Positions 18,586 to 30,200 of a stretch of DNA of 57,632 nucleotides are shown here, piece by piece. The stretch comes from Flavobacteriales bacterium UBA7690 (GTDB lineage: Bacteria; Bacteroidota; Bacteroidia; Flavobacteriales_F; PHOS-HE28). The stretch lies in assembly GCA_002482775.1 (NCBI GenBank), contig DLGQ01000045.1, positions 33,242 through 90,873 on the forward strand, written 5' to 3'. The position numbers and the translations under genes are program-made. Position 1 is the first letter of the stretch; each line of letters opens with the position of its first letter. The notes under the pieces were generated by a model. It worked only from the letters and a program-made list of their open reading frames with translations. It was not told the origin of the DNA and ran no database searches.

Positions 18586-21500
18586 CTATTGCTTCACGAA
18601 GCGTGTGCGCGCGAATGGTTCACCTTTCGCGGTAAGGAGTTGTACGGTGTAACTGCCGGCTTCGAGCTTTTCAATGGGCAGTTCGAAGCGGAATACGCCA
18701 TTGTCCGTTCTGAAGGTGGAAATAAGGCGTCCACTGCCGTCCAGGATCCTCACATGCAACACACCGTCATAAGCGGAGTTCAGGATCACTTCGGCACGAT
18801 CACGTGTGGGGTTCGGCACTACCATCACTGTGGTCAGGTCCGGGTGGTACATGGCCGTCACGATGTTGGTCGGGCGGGTCTCGCCATCCAGGTCCACGGC
18901 TTGCACACGGTAATAGTTCAACCCTTGGATGGGTTGCTCATCGGGGAAGAGGTACTCCGAACGGTGGTCGGAATTCCCAGCCGCGGTCAACGTCCCGATC
19001 GGTTCGAACAGGATACCGTCCGCCGAGCGTTCCACCGTGAAGTGCGAGCTGTTCTGTTCAAAGTTCGTGCTCCAGGTCAGATCCACTTTGTTGGTCCGCT
19101 GAACCGCCTTCAACTCGATCACATCGGAAGGCAGGATCACACAGTCGATCATCGTAGAGGGGGTGACGTTCCAAGAAACCGTATAGGGCTGACCCGCCAA
19201 GTGATGGTCATCCACATAGAGCAAGTAGCGGCGTGGCAGACCTACACCAGGAACTTGGATCCCCTGCACCCACCCATCGGTGTTGTCAGTAGCCGGGCCT
19301 GCTATGAACCATGGCGCAGCGCCGAAGAAGTCGGCCCCCATACCCGTGCTAGCGGCAGGGTTGTTGTTCACACCACCGGAATTAATGGTGTTAAGGCGCG
19401 AGGCGAATGAACAGCGGATCGGTGGAGCAGTAGGCAGGCAGTTGGCATCCACGGGGTTCAAGCCACCCGTGTTCGGTGCCGCCCAGATCGCCCAGTCCAC
19501 ATCGGCCGGGGTGGATGGCGTTATCGTCATGCCCAAGGTCCCAGCGGCGGTTACACTGAAGGCGTACCATGATCCTTGGTGTTCGCCACCGGTCAAGCAA
19601 CCCATGTTGATCCCTTGCATGTCAGGGCCGCAACCGTTGCCGTAGGCCACATTCGTGAAGCCTGTTCCGCTGCACACGGAGAACGCCCCGTTGCAATCGC
19701 TCTGCAAGCTGGTCTGGCCACCGCCCGCCACGATGCAGATGCTGAACGTTCCGCGCGCACCACCATAGCCGTAAACACGGATCCAATAGGTCGCACCAGG
19801 TGTCAATGGCGTACACATGCGGTCGATCGCGGGCATCAGGTTCTGCCCATCATCGTCATCGCATTCCATCAAGGTGAACGGACCGGTACAGGTTGCAGCG
19901 GAATACAAAGCCATGGCCGCATCGGTCAATGTACCCGCTCGTGTGTCAATGAACACCCTGCCACTCGGCGGAGCAACGAACCGGAACCAGACGTCACCAC
20001 CATTGTAGTTGCCACAGCCTGGGGCCGGTGCACCTGAGGTTGCTGTTGTGTTCGTATTGGAATACGTGAGTGGCGAGCAACTCGTTTGTGGCGTCAACAG
20101 TGTGGCGCCGATAGGCGTGCAGGTGCCATTCTGGTTCCACGGATTGTCGTTGCTGGCCTGCGGTAGGCAGGTAGTACGTGCACGGAATCCCTGGAAAGTG
20201 ACGGAGGCATCCGAGACGAAGTGGAAGGTCAAGCAGCCGCTCGGTTGGTTCAGCGGTGGTGCAACAGCTGGGCGTGCGATGCTTGCGGTGAACGGGCCGG
20301 GTGCCGTGAAGCCCCAATACGCTCCAGCGCCGAACGGTGCAGGTCCATTACCCGGGCCATTGCCACTGGGTATCATCGGAGCTGTGGTGCTGGATCCGTC
20401 GAAGACATAAACTTTATCCCACGTGTTCTCCAATGCGAATTGGGAGAAATTCACCTGCAGGATCTGGCCAACGGCTGGGCAGAACGTCTGGGTGGAGACC
20501 ACATTATCCGCGTAGTTGCCCGAAGAACCTCCGGGAGTTTCGTAGAAATCGAGGTTGCATTGCCCTATCACTGGCAGCACCGGTGGAGGAGGTCCACAGG
20601 TCACCAAACCTTGCCACCCACTTCCGCTAACGATACCATCGGTGTAGAAGACCAAGGTCAAACATCCCCCCGGGTTCGCGGCCGTGATGCTGGACGTTAC
20701 AATGCCCGGACTGCCGTTGCCCCAGTACGCACCGTTGGGTGGGATAGGTGGATTGTACGGCCCGCTCCAAGTGCCTTGTGCTCCATTGCCACTGTTGATC
20801 TGCGTGGCGATCACAGGCCCCGTGTTCAGCGGGGTTCCCACGGCAAGACTGTCATTGAAGATGTACAGCCCGTCGAAGAAGGTTTCCACATTGAAGCTTG
20901 AGAAGTTCACGGAAACCACATCACCAGGGTTGTTGGGACAAAGGATCTCGTGGTACGGAGCGATGCCCGTGCTGGCCACCCCAAGGTTACCCGGATAGGT
21001 GAACCCTGTAGAACCTCCCGGATCGAAGATGGTGAGGCCACAATCCCCCACCGGTGGCGGTGGCGTTGGGCCTGGTGGGCCGCACGAGACCTTGAATGCG
21101 AAGCCCGGTGCGGTGAAGATGAAATCCGAGGTGAACACGACCATCAAACATCCCGTAGGATTGCCCGCTGTGATGGTTCCGGAAATGGTTCCGGGACCGT
21201 TGGTGCCCGTGTACGTTCCAATAAGGTTCGCGGGTAGCGGCGCACCAGAAGCTTGGTTGTAGATCCGCATGAAGTCGAACCCGGGTTCCAAGCTGAATTG
21301 CGAGAAGGTCAAGGTCACCACATCGCCAGGCTTGGAGGCGCAATACACGTCGTTATCGTTCTCGTTGTCGCCATAGGCGTTCGCGGGACCGCCACTGTCG
21401 TATACCGTTCCTTGGCACAAGAGCGGGTCGTTACGGCGCGCGCAGATGGAGAAAATACCTTGTGCGGTGTTCTGGCGCCAAACGCGGATGTAGAGCCGTT

Positions 21501-23436
21501 CGCCCGGTGTGATGGTCGGCACGGTCAAGGTCAACAACGGCATGTTCGCGTTCCCTTGGGCCGATCCGTTCACGGAACAAGCGCCGGCGATCTGTGCGAG
21601 CTTTACTTCACTTGGACAACCCAAGGCACTGGTATCGCGGTATACGGCCAAGGCGAAATCAAGTGCTGCGAGATCGTCCGTGTCGATCGTGATGCCGTAA
21701 GGTGCGATCAGATCCGCCGGAACATCCATGGTGAACCAAACATCTCCGTTTGCTGGAGCGCCACAGCTAGGTGCGCCAGCCAAACTTGAGCCGGGGAGGA
21801 AGGTGGTGGGTGCGCTGGGTGTATTCGTCGCGTTCTCGTTGGTGGCAGGTATCAACACACAATCCCCATTCACATCCAACGCGATGGCACCGCAGGGGTC
21901 GTCATTGGGTGGTGGGTTGTTGGGCGTTACGCAGATGTTGAACGTGCCATAGTAACGAAAGGTAGCTGGTAATGAATTCCACAGCCGGATATAGATCGTT
22001 TCACCAGGTGTCAAGGGAATTGCCGTTGGGCTACTGCTGTTGATGCGGGGCATCAGGTTCGAAGCACTTTGGGTATTGCTACATCCGATCTGTGTCAACG
22101 ATCCGGAATATCCAGGTGGGTTGCACAGTACTGCACCAACAGAGGGGCGATACCACGCCATGGACATGTCGGTCAGCGTTCCGGCGGATGTGGTCACGGT
22201 CATGGCTCCCGTAGGCGGGACCACTACACGGAACCATACATCTGAAGCGGTCAATAAGCCGGGGAACTGTGGGTTGCCACAGGTCGGGTTTGTCGCTGTG
22301 AGCCCGGCGGGCAGCGGTTGTGCGTTCTCGTTGCTGTATTCCGCAGGCGTGCAAGGGTCCAATGCGGTCAGTAGGATCGCACCACAAGGCTCATCATTCG
22401 CAGGAGCCTGCGCGTTGTACGCGCAAATAGTGAAGTTCCCGTTCTCGTTGTTGTTCCGCTCCCACACCCGGATGTACACGGTCTGGCCCGGTGTGAGGCC
22501 GTAGGTGGCGGGGTTGAAAACGATACCAGGTTCCGTACTGGGCCCATAGAGGCCGTCGATACTACAAACACCCGTAGCCGTGCCGGTGATCCAGTTGAAG
22601 GGGTTCGTTGTGCAAAGCGGAGCAGTGTATAGCGCAATACCCGTGGCACAAACCCCCGATTCGGCGATGTTGATGCCGATAAGACCCGTAGCAGGTACGG
22701 TTACGCTATACCACACGTCGTTACCGCTGTAGTTCATTACGCCGCAACCCGTGTTCGGGTCCAATGCGCCAACCGCAAGGCTGTTCGTGGCCGTAGCCGT
22801 TGCCCCCGTGGTGGTTCCCGCTATCTGCGTAAGGCAATTGGTATTCGTCAACGGGATCGCGATAGCATTACAGGGCTCATCGTTGGCTGGCGCAGGAACA
22901 GGACCCAGACATTCGATCTGTAGCATGTTCGTCCATGCCGGATGACTGGCGTACAGCGTACAAAGCGTACCGTTGTAAACGGAGATACGGTAGACGGTAA
23001 CCCCTGGGGCAGGGTTGGGTGCATCGAAGATCACGGAAGAAGGGCCATTGGGCAGTCCGCAGCCATCATTGTCACAGAAAGTGGGTATCACTGGGTACGG
23101 CGCTATATCCGAACGGATGGAGATGGCGGTGTTGTAGGCGATCCCCAACCCGCAAAGGCTAACACGATAGCGGTTCCCGTTCGTTACACGGAAACGCCGA
23201 TGAGTGATATTCGCCGCGATCGTACCGGGGTACGTGGCCGGGCAGGCAGCCGAGGCATCCACAAACCCAGCCGTGGTCGTAGAACCAGGGGGCTGGTTCG
23301 TCGGAGCTGGATCCGTGATCACCGCACAATGCGGGCACGAATTACAATCCGCGTTCTGGGTGGTTTGCCCGAAGGCAACCCAGGACAGTGCGGCAAGGCC
23401 GATGGAGAAGAGGGTACGGAGCAGCGTAGAACTCAT
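18586..23436 (-). CDS. Large T9SS type A cargo protein (~1616 aa) with repeat modules, three CUB-like domains, Cys-rich core and CTD
   Basis: Start at MSSTLLRTLF (signal peptide AFG/Q); PANDEPC repeats; CUB-like YDSGG...VTLTFSQFSLE...DFMRIYN...FTSD; CTD VVPNPT...RFVKQ. Confidence 0.9.
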   Translation of the reverse strand: MSSTLLRTLFSIGLAALSWVAFGQTTQNADCNSCPHCAVITDPAPTNQPPGSTTTAGFVDASAACPATYPGTIAANITHRRFRVTNGNRYRVSLCGLGIAYNTAISIRSDIAPYPVIPTFCDNDGCGLPNGPSSVIFDAPNPAPGVTVYRISVYNGTLCTLYASHPAWTNMLQIECLGPVPAPANDEPCNAIAIPLTNTNCLTQIAGTTTGATATATNSLAVGALDPNTGCGVMNYSGNDVWYSVTVPATGLIGINIAESGVCATGIALYTAPLCTTNPFNWITGTATGVCSIDGLYGPSTEPGIVFNPATYGLTPGQTVYIRVWERNNNENGNFTICAYNAQAPANDEPCGAILLTALDPCTPAEYSNENAQPLPAGLTATNPTCGNPQFPGLLTASDVWFRVVVPPTGAMTVTTSAGTLTDMSMAWYRPSVGAVLCNPPGYSGSLTQIGCSNTQSASNLMPRINSSSPTAIPLTPGETIYIRLWNSLPATFRYYGTFNICVTPNNPPPNDDPCGAIALDVNGDCVLIPATNENATNTPSAPTTFLPGSSLAGAPSCGAPANGDVWFTMDVPADLIAPYGITIDTDDLAALDFALAVYRDTSALGCPSEVKLAQIAGACSVNGSAQGNANMPLLTLTVPTITPGERLYIRVWRQNTAQGIFSICARRNDPLLCQGTVYDSGGPANAYGDNENDNDVYCASKPGDVVTLTFSQFSLEPGFDFMRIYNQASGAPLPANLIGTYTGTNGPGTISGTITAGNPTGCLMVVFTSDFIFTAPGFAFKVSCGPPGPTPPPPVGDCGLTIFDPGGSTGFTYPGNLGVASTGIAPYHEILCPNNPGDVVSVNFSSFNVETFFDGLYIFNDSLAVGTPLNTGPVIATQINSGNGAQGTWSGPYNPPIPPNGAYWGNGSPGIVTSSITAANPGGCLTLVFYTDGIVSGSGWQGLVTCGPPPPVLPVIGQCNLDFYETPGGSSGNYADNVVSTQTFCPAVGQILQVNFSQFALENTWDKVYVFDGSSTTAPMIPSGNGPGNGPAPFGAGAYWGFTAPGPFTASIARPAVAPPLNQPSGCLTFHFVSDASVTFQGFRARTTCLPQASNDNPWNQNGTCTPIGATLLTPQTSCSPLTYSNTNTTATSGAPAPGCGNYNGGDVWFRFVAPPSGRVFIDTRAGTLTDAAMALYSAATCTGPFTLMECDDDDGQNLMPAIDRMCTPLTPGATYWIRVYGYGGARGTFSICIVAGGGQTSLQSDCNGAFSVCSGTGFTNVAYGNGCGPDMQGINMGCLTGGEHQGSWYAFSVTAAGTLGMTITPSTPADVDWAIWAAPNTGGLNPVDANCLPTAPPIRCSFASRLNTINSGGVNNNPAASTGMGADFFGAAPWFIAGPATDNTDGWVQGIQVPGVGLPRRYLLYVDDHHLAGQPYTVSWNVTPSTMIDCVILPSDVIELKAVQRTNKVDLTWSTNFEQNSSHFTVERSADGILFEPIGTLTAAGNSDHRSEYLFPDEQPIQGLNYYRVQAVDLDGETRPTNIVTAMYHPDLTTVMVVPNPTRDRAEVILNSAYDGVLHVRILDGSGRLISTFRTDNGVFRFELPIEKLEAGSYTVQLLTAKGEPFARTRFVKQ

Positions 23437-23986
23437 GACATGCGTCTGGGTTGCATGGGTTTTGGTCGAAACACGGAGAACCGGTAGTTGTTCGGTCATC
23501 CGCTTTGGGCTCCCTCACGTTACGCGTCCAGACCGTGGTCAGCGGTGCAAGGCCATTAGGACCTTGGACGTGTTGCGTGGTGAAGCACAAAAGTCATCGT
23601 TGCGAAATATACAGCTAGATCGTGTCGTGCATGTGCCCATGTGGGCTGATCCGTGGAGAGGAAACCCACCGATCGACTTCTTGGATCTCGGAAGGGGAGT
23701 GATGTAGAGGGCACAAGAACCTTGTTCGGATGATCGTTCTACCGCGTTCCGCCCGGTGCAAAGGGGGTAGGGGACGGTCAGGGTCATCCATCGGCTCAGC
23801 TGTTCAGGGTCCTTGATATTGGAACGCTACCCACCTTCATTGGTTGCCTCCGGAGTGATGGAATGTGTTACTTGTGGGAGTGTTAATTCAACGTGCGGGC
23901 CAAAGGCTAGTTTGTACGAGGTCGAAGATGTTTGGTTGCTTGCTGTTCATAACATTTTCTTTTTGTACTTGATCTTCCGATCCGCA

Positions 23987-23994
23987 TACATTAG
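23987..23994 (+). promoter_or_regulatory. Candidate -7 promoter element (TACATTAG) for the giant T9SS gene
   Basis: TAnnTTAG variant as at 14874 and 52534, following an AT-rich tract; implies a ~205-nt leader. Confidence 0.4.
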
Positions 23995-24204
23995 GCGGCC
24001 CCGAAGACTTAACCTAACCGAAACCTCTAGCTGGATCTTCTATACTCCCCCTTGCTCCCGGGCGGCCATGTGCTGCCCACCAGCGCGTAAGCGCAGCCCG
24101 AAATTCCTGACCACGTTCTGCTAGGCGTACTGCGCCTTCCCTGCGTTCGGCATCGCGCCATAGCTGCCATATCTCCCTTTCCCTTTTTACCAAAACCAGA
24201 GAAG

Positions 24205-27200
24205 ATGAGTATATGTAAAACAAGGCCCTCACCCACGCGGCGAACGCGGTGGTGGAGGAATGGCGTCTTGCTTGGCGCGCTGCTTGCGCTGGGCATTACG
24301 ACGTCGGCACAGGTGACCATACCTGGAGCCAACACGAATAACGGCAGCGTGAATGATCCGTTCGGGTGTTTTTTCGGCTTCGAACGGTCGGCCATGATCT
24401 ACACACCTGCGGAGATCGCAGGTACAGGTTCGATCACTGCCGTGGGGTTCTATGTGAATTCCGTTTCTACTCCGAGTAATGCCACGGATGTGCGCATCTA
24501 CATGAAGGAGCGCAACACGTTGTTTACGGCCACCAGTACGTATGCGACTGAAACGACGGGGGCGACGTTGGTCTATGGACCAACGACCATCTCCGGTGCT
24601 TCGCTCACGGCCGGACAATGGTATACCGTCACCCTCAGCACCCCTTTCAACTACACGGGGGGCGCGAACAACCTTGAAGTGATCGTCGAGACGAACTTCG
24701 GAGGTGGTGGTGGAGAGTCGGGGACCGGAAAGCAGTTCCGGTACACCACCCAAGCGAGCAACCAGTTTTATCAGAACTGGAATGCCGACACATCCGCGCC
24801 TACAGGCAACGGAACGCGTTCGACTTCCAGGCCCAATATCCAATTGACCGGGATCGTTGTGCCTCCTTGCACACTTCCCCCTTCAGGCGTTTCATTGACT
24901 TCTTTCACGTCCACATCTGCTAACTTCTCCTGGACTGCGGGAGGCTCTCCTGCGAATGTCGGTTATGAGTGGGAGTTACGCAGTAGTGGCGCCGCAGGGA
25001 GTGGAGCTACCGGGTTGGTGGCAAGTGGTGCACCGGGCACTGGTGTGACCACTGCATCTTCTGGGAACATCCTAACTCCCAACACGAGTTACAACTTTTA
25101 TGTCCGAGGTGCTTGCACTGGGCCAACGTTCAGTCCTTGGACCGCTGCTGTTCCCGTTTACACGGGATATTGCATTTCCACATCCACTGCCAGTGGAACC
25201 TACGTCAGTAACTTCACCACAACTGGTGCCCCCACCAACATCACGAACGCGTCGGGTGCTTGGTCAGCTACGGGTTACGGCGATTTCACGGCCCAGTCCG
25301 TGAGCCAGTCGGCGAACTTAGCCGTGAACTTCTCCGCTGCATTCGTGGGGACCACGTTGGGTTTTGCGATATGGGTGGACTGGAATAATGACCTTGATTT
25401 CGCGGATGCAGGCGAGACGGTCTACAACACTGCTGCATACGTTTCCTCTGCTGCAAGCAGCTTCATCATACCCAATGGCACGGCTGTTGGGAACTATCGG
25501 ATGCGTATCCGTGCTGACTTCAACGCTTCAAGTCCTGCAGCATGCGCGAATATCGCACGAGGAGAAACGGAAGACTACACATTGACCGTGATCCCTCCGC
25601 CAAGTTGTGCAGCACCCACCGCGGTGAATACACCGAACGTGAGCTACGATGGTGCAACGATCGCATGGACCTGTGCAAGTTGCACGGGATCTTACATCGT
25701 AGAGTACGGTCTCACGGGCTTCACACCTGGAACCGGTGCGTCTGCCGGTGTTGGTGGTACCATCTGGACCGGGGCTCCTGTAGCAGGTAGCCCGGTAACA
25801 TTGACCGGCTTGTCCAGTCTGACCGGATATACGGTACATGTACGCCAAGACTGTGGTGTCAATGGATACAGCCTCAACGCGCAGACGAGTTTCACCACTC
25901 TGTGCTCCCCCTTGGTTGCTCCGATCGCGGAGAATTTCGCTTCCGGTACAGGTACGACGCCACCGTCCTGCTGGACGAACCCGCTCTTGAGCGGTGGGGA
26001 GCGTTGGGCCTTCGCGACCACTCCGCTCACGGGGAATTATCCTTCTCCGGTGAATGATCCGACATCGGGTAACACCCGTGTCGCATGGATCGATGCATCA
26101 AGTGATGTGCTTGTCAACGAATTGACAACTCCCTACATCGATCGGAGCGCATTGACTTCTACCACCGCAGGCTTCAAGTTCTTGTCCAACAACACGAACA
26201 ATGCCATTCTGCACACCATCACCATGGATGTATGGAATGGTACGGCTTGGGTGAACATGATCACCTACTCTGGGAATAACGCGGCATGGATCCCGTTGGA
26301 AGCTGTGGTTCCGGGTGGTATTCCAACGATCACACGGTTCCGGATCGTTGCCGTTCGCAACCCTGCCGGTACAACGGCCGACTATTTCTACAACGACCTG
26401 TTCGTAGATGACTTCTTCGTTGCCGAGACACCGTCCTGCTTCGCAGTTACCGGAGTTGGTGCCACTGCAGGTTTGAACAACGCGAACGTATCCTGGACCT
26501 GTGCGGGTTGCACGGGTACGTACATCGTAGAATACGGTGCACCAGGGTTCACCCCTGGTACCGGTGCTACGGCTGGCGTTGGTGGGACCATTTGGACCGG
26601 AGCTCCAGTGGCTGGTAGCCCTGTGACCATCACGGGGCTGGCCGCATCCACTGGCTACGCTGTTCATGTCCGTCAAGATTGTGGTGTAGGTGGGTTCAGC
26701 GCGAACACGCTTGGTTCCTTCACCACCCAGACACCTGGACAGATCGGGACGGGTACTGCAACGAACACGTTGTTGCCCATCAATACCTGCTTCGGTAACA
26801 ACTATTCGCAGCAGATCTACTTGGCAAGCGAGTACAATACGCCTGCCAATAGCTACATCACCAGTGTTCGGTTCTACTACGATAATGGTGGTACCACGGT
26901 GGCCAACTGGAGCAACTGGACGGTGTTCATGGCGAACACGTCCAAATCGGCTTTCACCAGCACCACGGATTGGGAACCATTCGCGAACCTGACACAGGTA
27001 TTCTCCGGTACGGTTAACCCCGTTGCGGGCAACTGGATGGAGGTCACGCTAACTACGCCGTTCCTGTGGGATGGCACGAGCAACATCCTGGTTGCTGTGG
27101 ATGAGAACTTGAATAGCTTTAGCTGCACGGCAGCATGGCGCTCATACACGGCATCAGGCGCTCGCGGACTGATCTACTATTCTGATGGAACGAACCCGGA

Positions 27201-30200
27201 TCCGGCTTCACCTCCCGCATCGACCATTACGCCTACCAGCACCTTGGCACAAGTACAATTCGGTGGCACCACGCCTCCGTCTTGCTTCCCTCCAAGTGGC
27301 CTTGCTTTGGTGAGTTCCTCGCTTACGAGCCTGTCGGCTTCGTGGACGGCACAAGGCAATGGTGTGGATTACAATTGGGAGGTGCGTACCAGCGGTGCTG
27401 GTGGTTCCGGTGCATCGGGTCGTGTGGACTTCGGTACCACGGCGGGCACTAACTTCAGCACAGGGGTCGCACTCGCCTCCAACACCAACCATTTCGTTTA
27501 CGTTCAAACGAACTGTGGTGTGGATGGCACCAGCACATGGGCCGGCCCCCTCAACGTGTTCACGGGCTATTGCACCCCGAACGCGGCTACGCTCGATCCC
27601 GGTGGTATCACCAACGTCGTGTTCAGCAATGTGGAGAACCCCACTGGCCCTGACAACGAGGCTGGCGGATACGCTGACTACACAAGCGCCATTGGTGCGG
27701 TCACCGCTGGACAGGTAGTTCCTGTAACGATCACCTACGAAACAGGGTTCGTTTACGGCACGACCATTTGGGTGGATTGGGACAATGACCTGACGTTCGA
27801 GCCAAGTGAACAGATGTTCACTGGCTTGACAGCGTCTAACGCCATCCCGAGCGTCCTGAACGCGAGCATCACCGTCCCTGGAGGACAAGCGGTAGGGAAC
27901 TACCGGATGCGGATCTACGGCGCTGACTTCAATGCGCCAACGGGTCCATGCGTCTCGGAGAGCTACATCGCCGTGGAAGACTACACCATCGCGGTGTGCG
28001 CCACAGCGACAGCGACGATCCAAGTGAACAACGACTGCGCAGAAGACGAATACTCCTTGGAGTTCACGGCTTCGAGCTTGAGCAGCGGCACCGTGGTGTA
28101 CACCGTAGATGGTGGTGCACCTCAGATCGCGACATTGATCGGCGTTGGAACCCTCATCGGACCCTTCTCCGATACGTCGGTAGTAGCTGTGACCGTCGTT
28201 GATGGACTTTGCTCCACCTTCATCGGTTCCTACTACAGCACATGCCCACGTGAACTCGTCTGCGGAGCCGCACCGACGATCGTGTCCTACTGCTATGAGA
28301 ACAACGACACCCGCACCTGGACCTTCGAGAACACGGAGGTTGGTGGTACGGTAGCGTTGAAGTTCCTCAGCGGCAGCATGGAAAGCAACGATAACGTGAG
28401 CTTCTGGAACGGCTTGCCGAACACCACACCGGCCACCCCGGCCACTGGAACCGGTTCGCTCACCTCCCTCGGCGTGATCAACAGCACGGGCAACATCCTC
28501 TCCATGAGCATCAGCTCCGGTGCCAGCAATAGCTGCGCCGATGGCGGTGCAGGTCTTGGCGCCGGATGGCAGTTCCAAGTGCGTTGCGGCGGTTGCTCGG
28601 AACCAGTTGGTTTCCTTTCGGTGGATGAGAACGAGGTGGGCCAGCCCACTATCGATTGCTCGGTCGCCCCAGGCAGCTTCAATGCATTCCTCTTCGTAGA
28701 GGACTTCGGTGTTGATGCTGTTACGAGCTTACCTCCTACCACGGTGGGATACCGTTTGTTCGTGAACAACACGTTGACCGCCACGGTCACAGGTCTTACG
28801 GTGGATTCCTTCCCGGATTGGCGCAACATCGGTACGTTCCCTGTGGGATCTGTGATCGGTGTTGAGCTTCTGCACGGCGGACAGTCCGCATGTAACATTG
28901 AATTGACCGATGTGACGGTGCCTTACAGCGCCTGCCCACCGGCCAACGACGCTTGTGCTACGGCCACGGAATTGACGATCAATACCTTGGCGAACTGCCC
29001 TGCGAACGCGACCGTTGGAACTACGTTGGGCGCTGATCAGAGCGGAGATGCTCCGACCTGCCAAGCCGGCGTGCAAGATGTGTGGTACATGGTCAATACT
29101 ACCGGGTTCGCCACACCGCGGCTATCCATCACGGATGGTTCATCAGAAGTGGTCGGTGTGCAGATCTTCAACGACTGCCTGACCCCACAAGGGTATTGCA
29201 GCGCAGATCTGACCGCGTTCTCCTTCCTGAACTTGAACCTGGCTCAAGGCATCTACTACATCCGTGTATTCACCACGGTAGCGAATGCCGGTACGTTCTC
29301 CATCTGCGTGAGCAGCCCTGGCCCTGCCGGCTACGAGTGCGATGGTGCTGTGAGCATCCCGAGCCTTCCCGTAACGGATCAAGCGATGGCCTGTACCTCG
29401 GAGCCAGCTCCTGGTCTGCTTAACAGCACGACCGTTCCAACGGTTTGCGGTGGATCGGTGAGCTACACCAATGGCCAAGAGGCGTTGTACACCTTCACGC
29501 CTACGCTGTCCGGTGAGCACACGATCTCCTACACCGGTCAAACGTGGACCGCGATCTTCGTTTACGAAGGTGCGTGCCCCACGAACAATGGTGTATGTGT
29601 TGGTGGATACAGTGATACTGGTTCCGAGAAGTCCCTCACGGTGACACTTGCTGCAGGTACCACGTATTACCTCTGGTTCGACACCTGGCCTGCCCCGGAC
29701 AGCCCTTGTCCTGGAACGTTCAGCATCAGTGTTCCTTGCTCGGGCACCCCTGCTCCTGGCAATACCATCAGCAGTGGCGGAACCGTGGTCTGCGAAGGCC
29801 GCAGCTTCACGTTGAGCTTGCAGAACGACGTGAGCGGAGGAGGTATTTCCTACCAATGGGAATCTTCTACCGACGGCGGCGCGAACTGGAACCCTGATGG
29901 CCCAACAACGGCTACCTGGACCACGAGCATCACCACGGCTACCCAGTTCCGTGCCGTGGTTACCTGTGCTAGCTCTGGCTTCAGCGGTACCAGCACCCCG
30001 GTATCATTGACGTTGGATGCATTGGCCAACTGCCCATGTCTGCCAGTGACCACTTACGGTTGCGCAGATGGTGATGTGATCGCACGTGTGATCCTGAACA
30101 CCTTGGACAACAACTCGGGCACCGGTTGCCCTAGTGATCCTGTTCCCGGCAACACGAGCATCGCTGGTGGCGAGGGTCCCGGTTACTCAGACTACACGGG

